DNA of 64,000 nt from Geopsychrobacteraceae bacterium (lineage in GTDB: Bacteria; Desulfobacterota; Desulfuromonadia; Desulfuromonadales; Geopsychrobacteraceae): positions 64,001-128,000 of the forward strand of contig CAXXTB010000001.1 of assembly GCA_963676795.2 (NCBI GenBank). The letters are read 5' to 3'. Position 1 is the stretch's first letter, and the number at the start of each line of letters is the position of its first letter. Under the pieces are notes generated by a model. It was not told the DNA's origin, did not search any database, and saw only the letters and a program-made list of their open reading frames with translations. Positions 59,631 to 64,000 of this stretch are shown here, one piece after another. The translations under genes and the position numbers were made by a program.

Positions 59631-60722
59631 ATGAAACCGTACAAAATCTTTGCTAGCGACATTGAAAACAGCGCCCTCGATCAGTTCTACAGCGCTCTCA
59701 AGCAAGACTTCAGTGTCCGTGGCGCGCTGATGCCGGACGCCCACACCGGCTATTCGCTACCGATCGGGGCCGTTGTCGCCACCACCGGCGTGATCCTGCC
59801 GGCCTGGGTCGGATATGACATCGGCTGCGGCATGTGCGCGGTGCCGACCAGCTTCAAGCGCAGTGCTATTGAACAAAACGCCGAAAAGATCTTCAAAAGC
59901 CTCTACTGCGCCATTCCAACCGGCTTTGCCCACAACAAAAATGACAGCAGCTGGGACTGCAAACACCTGCCACACAGCAAAATGCTCGCCGAGCTGTTCA
60001 ACAAGAACGGCCCCAAACAGCTCGGCTCCCTCGGCTCAGGCAATCATTTCATCGAGATCGGCTACGACGAGGAACAGCGTATCTGGATTATCATCCACTC
60101 GGGATCGCGCAATATCGGTCACTCGGTCGCTACCCACTACATGAAGCTGGCTGCCGGCGGTAAGGCCAGGGAAGGCCATTTCGGCTTTGCGACAGACAGC
60201 AAGGAAGGACGCAACTACATCATCGACCAGGCCTTCTGCCTTGAATTCGCCCTGGCCAACCGCTATGAGCTGATCCGCCGCACTGTCCGCGAGATTCAGC
60301 ATTACTGTTGCGGCGACGCCGAGTGGAGCCTGCTGATCAACCGCAACCATAATCACGCTGAACAGAAGGGGGACTGGTGGATTCACCGCAAGGGCGCGAC
60401 CCACGCCGAAGCGGGGATGACGGGGGTGATTCCCGGCAACATGCGCGACGGCTCTTTTATTGTCGAAGGCAGAGGGAACGCCGAAGCGCTCTGGTCAAGT
60501 TCGCACGGGGCGGGGCGCTCAATGGGCCGCAAGGAAGCCAAGCGCCAGATCAAGATGAAGCAGTTTTCCGACAGCATGTACGGCATCACCGCCAGGGTCG
60601 AACCTGCAACCCTCGACGAAGCGCCCTTCGCCTACAAGAACATCAACAGGGTCATGGAGCTGCAGAAGGAGCTGGTCATCGTCCGCCACCATGTCACCCC
60701 GCTGATCAATATCAAGGGCTGA
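59631..60722 (+). CDS. rtcB: RtcB-family RNA 3'-phosphate/5'-OH ligase
   Basis: PDAH, DIGCG, GSGNHFIE, HSGSR, HNH, HRKGA, SHGAGR and DEAPFAYK motifs. Confidence 0.93.
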   Translation: MKPYKIFASDIENSALDQFYSALKQDFSVRGALMPDAHTGYSLPIGAVVATTGVILPAWVGYDIGCGMCAVPTSFKRSAIEQNAEKIFKSLYCAIPTGFAHNKNDSSWDCKHLPHSKMLAELFNKNGPKQLGSLGSGNHFIEIGYDEEQRIWIIIHSGSRNIGHSVATHYMKLAAGGKAREGHFGFATDSKEGRNYIIDQAFCLEFALANRYELIRRTVREIQHYCCGDAEWSLLINRNHNHAEQKGDWWIHRKGATHAEAGMTGVIPGNMRDGSFIVEGRGNAEALWSSSHGAGRSMGRKEAKRQIKMKQFSDSMYGITARVEPATLDEAPFAYKNINRVMELQKELVIVRHHVTPLINIKG

Positions 60723-60769
60723 GTTTAAAATCGATCATACGTTCTGCTCGTTTAATGATATAGTTTTCT

Positions 60770-60961
60770 CTATATTAGTTGCCATCCGGAAACTTCGGAG
60801 GGCAACGCGTAAGTTTTCAGATTGGAAACGAGAATTTTTTTGTCATAGCAAGAAAATCAAGGGTTTGTGCGGAGGCGTAGTACTTTACGCCGCACAAGCA
60901 AACCCGCAGATTGACGCTGCTATGGCGAAAAAGGGCCGTTTCAGGATGAAAGCTATATTAG
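60770..60961. mobile_element. MITE-like element with imperfect terminal inverted repeats and a flanking direct repeat
   Basis: CTATATTAG occurs at 60770-60778 and 60953-60961. The left end TAGTTGCCATCCGGAAAC matches the reverse complement of the right end (TAGCTTTCATCCTGAAAC) at 14/18. Nested internal stems are present. Confidence 0.7.
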
Positions 60962-60982
60962 ATTTCAAGGCGGAGGAAACAT

Positions 60983-62137
60983 ATGAAGACCTGGGGTTCC
61001 ATTGTCGTAACACTGGCGTTTGTCATTATTGCCTCGATTGTTTCGGTCAACCTGTGGTCCGAAAAAGAGGAAACCATCCCGGAAGCCGTTGCTCTGCAAC
61101 TGAATGAGCAGATGACGGTCGCTCAGTTCGGCGAGGTGAACGGCCTCGAGAAACCGGTCCTCAAAGAGGTTTTCGGCCTGAGTTCGCCGGATCAGATGCA
61201 GCAGCCGATCAGCGCTTTCGGCATGTCGCTGGAGCAGGTCGCCGAGAAGGTCGGCAAGAAGCAGGCCCTGGCGGAAGAGAGCGCCAGCAAGAACTGGTTC
61301 AAGATCCCGCTCAAGTTCGCCCTCTGGTTTATCTTTATGATTCTCTGCTTTGTCCTGCTGCTGAAACGTAGGATCAACAAAAAGACCCGGCTGGTCCTCT
61401 ATGGCTGCGGCTTCACCCTGTTCGGAGTGATCCTCGGCGCCGACCCGAGCCCGATGGGGACGGTCAAGGACGCCATCGTTCTCTATGCGTCGCATGGCGT
61501 TGTCTTCATGCCGCGCCTGATCGCCTTCCTGATCTTTATGGCGACGGTCATCCTGGCCAATAAGTTCATCTGCTCCTGGGGCTGCCAGATCGGCACATTG
61601 CAGGACTTCATCTTCCGCCTCAATCGCAATGCCAAAGACTCCGGCGCGGGAAGCCTCCCGCAATTCAGGATCCCCTTTGTGATCAGCAACAGCATCCGCG
61701 TGCTGTTCTTCATCGCCCTGATCTGGGTCGCCTTCACCTGGGGCACCGACCTGACCCATGAGATCGATCCGTTCAAGATCTTCAAACCGCTGGTCATCGG
61801 TCTTTTCGGCGGCATCTTCATCCTCGCCATCATGATCCTGAGCCTTTTCACCTACCGCCCCTGGTGCCACCTGTTCTGCCCCTTCGGCCTGACCGGTTGG
61901 GTGGTTGAGAAGGTCAGTCTGTTCCGCATCAAGGTCAACTACGACGCCTGCATCTCTTGCCATGCCTGTGAAAAGGCCTGCCCGAGCACGGTCATGGGCG
62001 CGATCCTCAAGCAGGACAAAGTGACTATCCCGGACTGCTTCTCCTGTGGGAACTGTATCGAATCCTGCCCGACCGACGCGGTCAGCTTCAGCATCGGCCG
62101 CAGAAGCAAACCGCCGGAAGACAAGTTTCAGGAATAA
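60983..62137 (+). CDS. Membrane 4Fe-4S binding protein (NapH/MauN/NosR C-terminal-like)
   Basis: CSWGCQ, WCHLFCP, CISCHACEKACP and CFSCGNCIESCP motifs; multiple TM helices; GGAGG RBS. Confidence 0.9.
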   Translation: MKTWGSIVVTLAFVIIASIVSVNLWSEKEETIPEAVALQLNEQMTVAQFGEVNGLEKPVLKEVFGLSSPDQMQQPISAFGMSLEQVAEKVGKKQALAEESASKNWFKIPLKFALWFIFMILCFVLLLKRRINKKTRLVLYGCGFTLFGVILGADPSPMGTVKDAIVLYASHGVVFMPRLIAFLIFMATVILANKFICSWGCQIGTLQDFIFRLNRNAKDSGAGSLPQFRIPFVISNSIRVLFFIALIWVAFTWGTDLTHEIDPFKIFKPLVIGLFGGIFILAIMILSLFTYRPWCHLFCPFGLTGWVVEKVSLFRIKVNYDACISCHACEKACPSTVMGAILKQDKVTIPDCFSCGNCIESCPTDAVSFSIGRRSKPPEDKFQE

Positions 62138-62166
62138 ACATATTGAACAGGTCCAGCCTCCAGGAA

Positions 62167-62204
62167 CCCCTCTCCCGTCGGGGAGAGGGGCAGGAGTGAG
62201 GGGC
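62167..62204 (+). repeat. Palindromic repeat family B, single unit
   Basis: CCCCTCTCCCGTCGGGAGAGGGGGCAGGAGTGAGGGGC; its first 16 nt are identical to the unit at 49571. Confidence 0.78.
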
Positions 62205-62242
62205 AATTTCCATGGAGCACAGCGGTGACTTACAGATAACAG

Positions 62243-62554
62243 ATGCCGACACAAGTCTTTTTCGGCAGCAACTGCATCATTGACAACAGCCACGCGTTAA
62301 CCGGCTACGGACAAAAAGCGCTGATCGTTACCGGAAGAAACTCGGCGAAGAGCAACGGTTCGCCAGCGGATATCATCAAGGCGTTAAACGACGAGTCGCT
62401 CGACTATATCATCTTCGATAAAGTCATGACCAACCCAACGGTTGAGATCTGTTATGAGGGCGCCGCCTTAGCCAGAGAGCATCAGGCTGTTCGCAACATG
62501 CGTCCTGGCTGGTTATCTGTCCGGAACCTTCGAATAGAGAGATCTTTGCGTTGA
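62243..62554 (+). pseudogene. Truncated iron-containing alcohol dehydrogenase (N-terminal ~82 aa only)
   Basis: MPTQVFFG, KALIVTGRNSAK.NG and FDKVMTNPT motifs; similarity stops near 62490, before the expected GGGS motif. Confidence 0.78.
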
Positions 62555-62569
62555 AAGTTCTTTGTTCAA

Positions 62570-64000
62570 TCAGCCCGCGATCAGTCGCCAGACCAAGGCG
62601 ACGCAAGCGCAGATGACAATCCCGAAAACGATCGGCATAAATGTCGCAACAACTGTCCACTTCGCGCTCTTGGTCTCTTTCCAGATGGTATAGATGGTCG
62701 TCGAACAGGGATTGTGACAGAGACTGAAGAGCATCAGGCATACGGCTGTCAGTGTCGACCAGCCACCTGCATGTAAAAGCATGACCAGCGATGAGTTGTT
62801 ACTCGCATCGAACATAACGCCAGCACCCTGTTCGCCGACACCCGAAACGCCTGTCACCATGACCGTGAGCATGAGAATTGTCGGGATAACGATCTCGTTA
62901 GCCGGAATCGCGACAATGTAGGCGACCAGGATAACGCCATTTAAGCCGATGACCCAGCCGATCGGATCAAGCCCCTGAACGAGCCATTCGGCAATTGAAA
63001 GCCCGCCAAATTTGATATTGGCGATACTCCAGAGTACGATCCCTGCCGGAGCAGCAAAGACGATAGCGCGCCACAGGACGATCAGGGTCCGGTCGATCAA
63101 TGAGGTATAGAGAGTCCTCAGGATCTGCGGCGGGCGATAAGGGGGCAGCTCCAGACTGAAGGTCGAAGCTTCTCCTTTAAGCACTGTCCGTGACAGCATC
63201 CAGGACGAAAGAAAGGTCAGAAAAACACCGAACAGGGCAACGGCAAGAACCGAACCGGTCGCGACAAGGGTCCCGAAACCTGGAGCGGCAAAAGCGCCGA
63301 GGAAAATGGTCGCCAACAGAATCTGCGTCGGCCAGCGGCCGTTACATAAGGCAAAGTTGTTGGTGATTATGGCGATCAAACGTTCGCGCGGCGAATCGAT
63401 AACCCGGGTTGCCACGATGCCTGCGGCGTTACAGCCCCAGCCCATGCTCATCGTCAGCGCCTGCTTACCGTGAGCGCCGACGCGCTGGAAAAGGTTGTCG
63501 AGGTTGAAGGACACCCGGGGCAGATAACCGAAATCCTCAAGTAATGTGAACAGAGGAAAGAAAATTGCCATCGGCGGCAGCATGACGCTGACCACCCAGG
63601 CGGTCGTCAGATAGAGCCCGTCGACCAGCACTCCAGAAAGCCACCAGGGCAGGTGGAGCAGATCAGAAGCTATGTGCTTTATAAATGGGTGGCCCATATC
63701 GAGCAGGATGGTCGCCAGCCAGCCGGAAGGAACGTTAGCGCCGGCAATCGTCAGCCACAGGACGATCGCCAGAATCAGCACCATGGTCGGGAAGCCGGTC
63801 CAGCGATTGGTCAGAAACCAGTCGAGGCGCCGTTCCCACGACAGCCGGTGAGAAACCCCGCTCTGATCGAGATTTCTTGATGCGATGCGGTTCGATTCGG
63901 CATAGACATCTTCGATCCAGCGATCACGGACGCCGGGCGGCAACCCCAAGCGCAGTTTCTCCGCATTCTTGACAATATCTTCACCAGTCATAGTTTCTCT
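62570..64000 (-). CDS. feoB: Ferrous iron transporter FeoB, membrane (Gate/C-terminal) portion; frame open to the window end
   Basis: LEDFGYLPR, MGWGCNA, CNGRWP, LELPPYRPP, PANE and HNPCSTT motifs. Confidence 0.88.
   Translation of the reverse strand, partial: RETMTGEDIVKNAEKLRLGLPPGVRDRWIEDVYAESNRIASRNLDQSGVSHRLSWERRLDWFLTNRWTGFPTMVLILAIVLWLTIAGANVPSGWLATILLDMGHPFIKHIASDLLHLPWWLSGVLVDGLYLTTAWVVSVMLPPMAIFFPLFTLLEDFGYLPRVSFNLDNLFQRVGAHGKQALTMSMGWGCNAAGIVATRVIDSPRERLIAIITNNFALCNGRWPTQILLATIFLGAFAAPGFGTLVATGSVLAVALFGVFLTFLSSWMLSRTVLKGEASTFSLELPPYRPPQILRTLYTSLIDRTLIVLWRAIVFAAPAGIVLWSIANIKFGGLSIAEWLVQGLDPIGWVIGLNGVILVAYIVAIPANEIVIPTILMLTVMVTGVSGVGEQGAGVMFDASNNSSLVMLLHAGGWSTLTAVCLMLFSLCHNPCSTTIYTIWKETKSAKWTVVATFMPIVFGIVICACVALVWRLIAG

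Noticed and set aside
38776..60722. Selenocysteine read-through at TGA stops (for example 38778, 42693, 55209, 60722)
   Set aside because: The proteins look complete at these stops, the TGA does not occupy an expected catalytic Cys position, and no convincing coding sequence follows.

Overview
A GC-rich bacterial chromosomal segment. The gene content (sigma54 promoters, GEMM-I riboswitch, DUF748, split-type FeoB, tRNA-Sec) suggests an anaerobic Desulfuromonadales-like deltaproteobacterium; this is inference only. Most of it is housekeeping and metabolism: def-fmt-htpX-rsmB, tatD-tcdA-tauE, folA-pncA-pncB, pyrC, uvrB, dedA-uppP, minCDE-truC-yajL, and glnHPQ with an adjacent sensor kinase and sigma54 regulator. 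Accessory genes are interspersed. Items absent from the ORF track: (1) a GEMM-I riboswitch with A at the specificity position (3',3'-cGAMP-type signature) leading a TonB-dependent receptor / YfiR / HAMP-GGDEF-EAL operon, i.e. a YfiBNR-like system with a TonB receptor in place of YfiB; (2) a stand-alone tRNA-Sec with its own promoter; (3) a 56-aa small gene; (4) two consensus sigma54 promoters with candidate enhancer sites; (5) several palindromic repeat families and a MITE with a target-site duplication. Other points of interest are a hypothetical membrane protein with the motif order of a pentameric ligand-gated ion channel, an omptin-like protease, a solo RtcB beside a hemerythrin, a 1-nt frameshifted LarA-like gene and a truncated Fe-ADH. 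I saw no CRISPR array, rRNA, transposase, integrase or prophage gene. All family calls come from motif recognition by eye; no searches were run.
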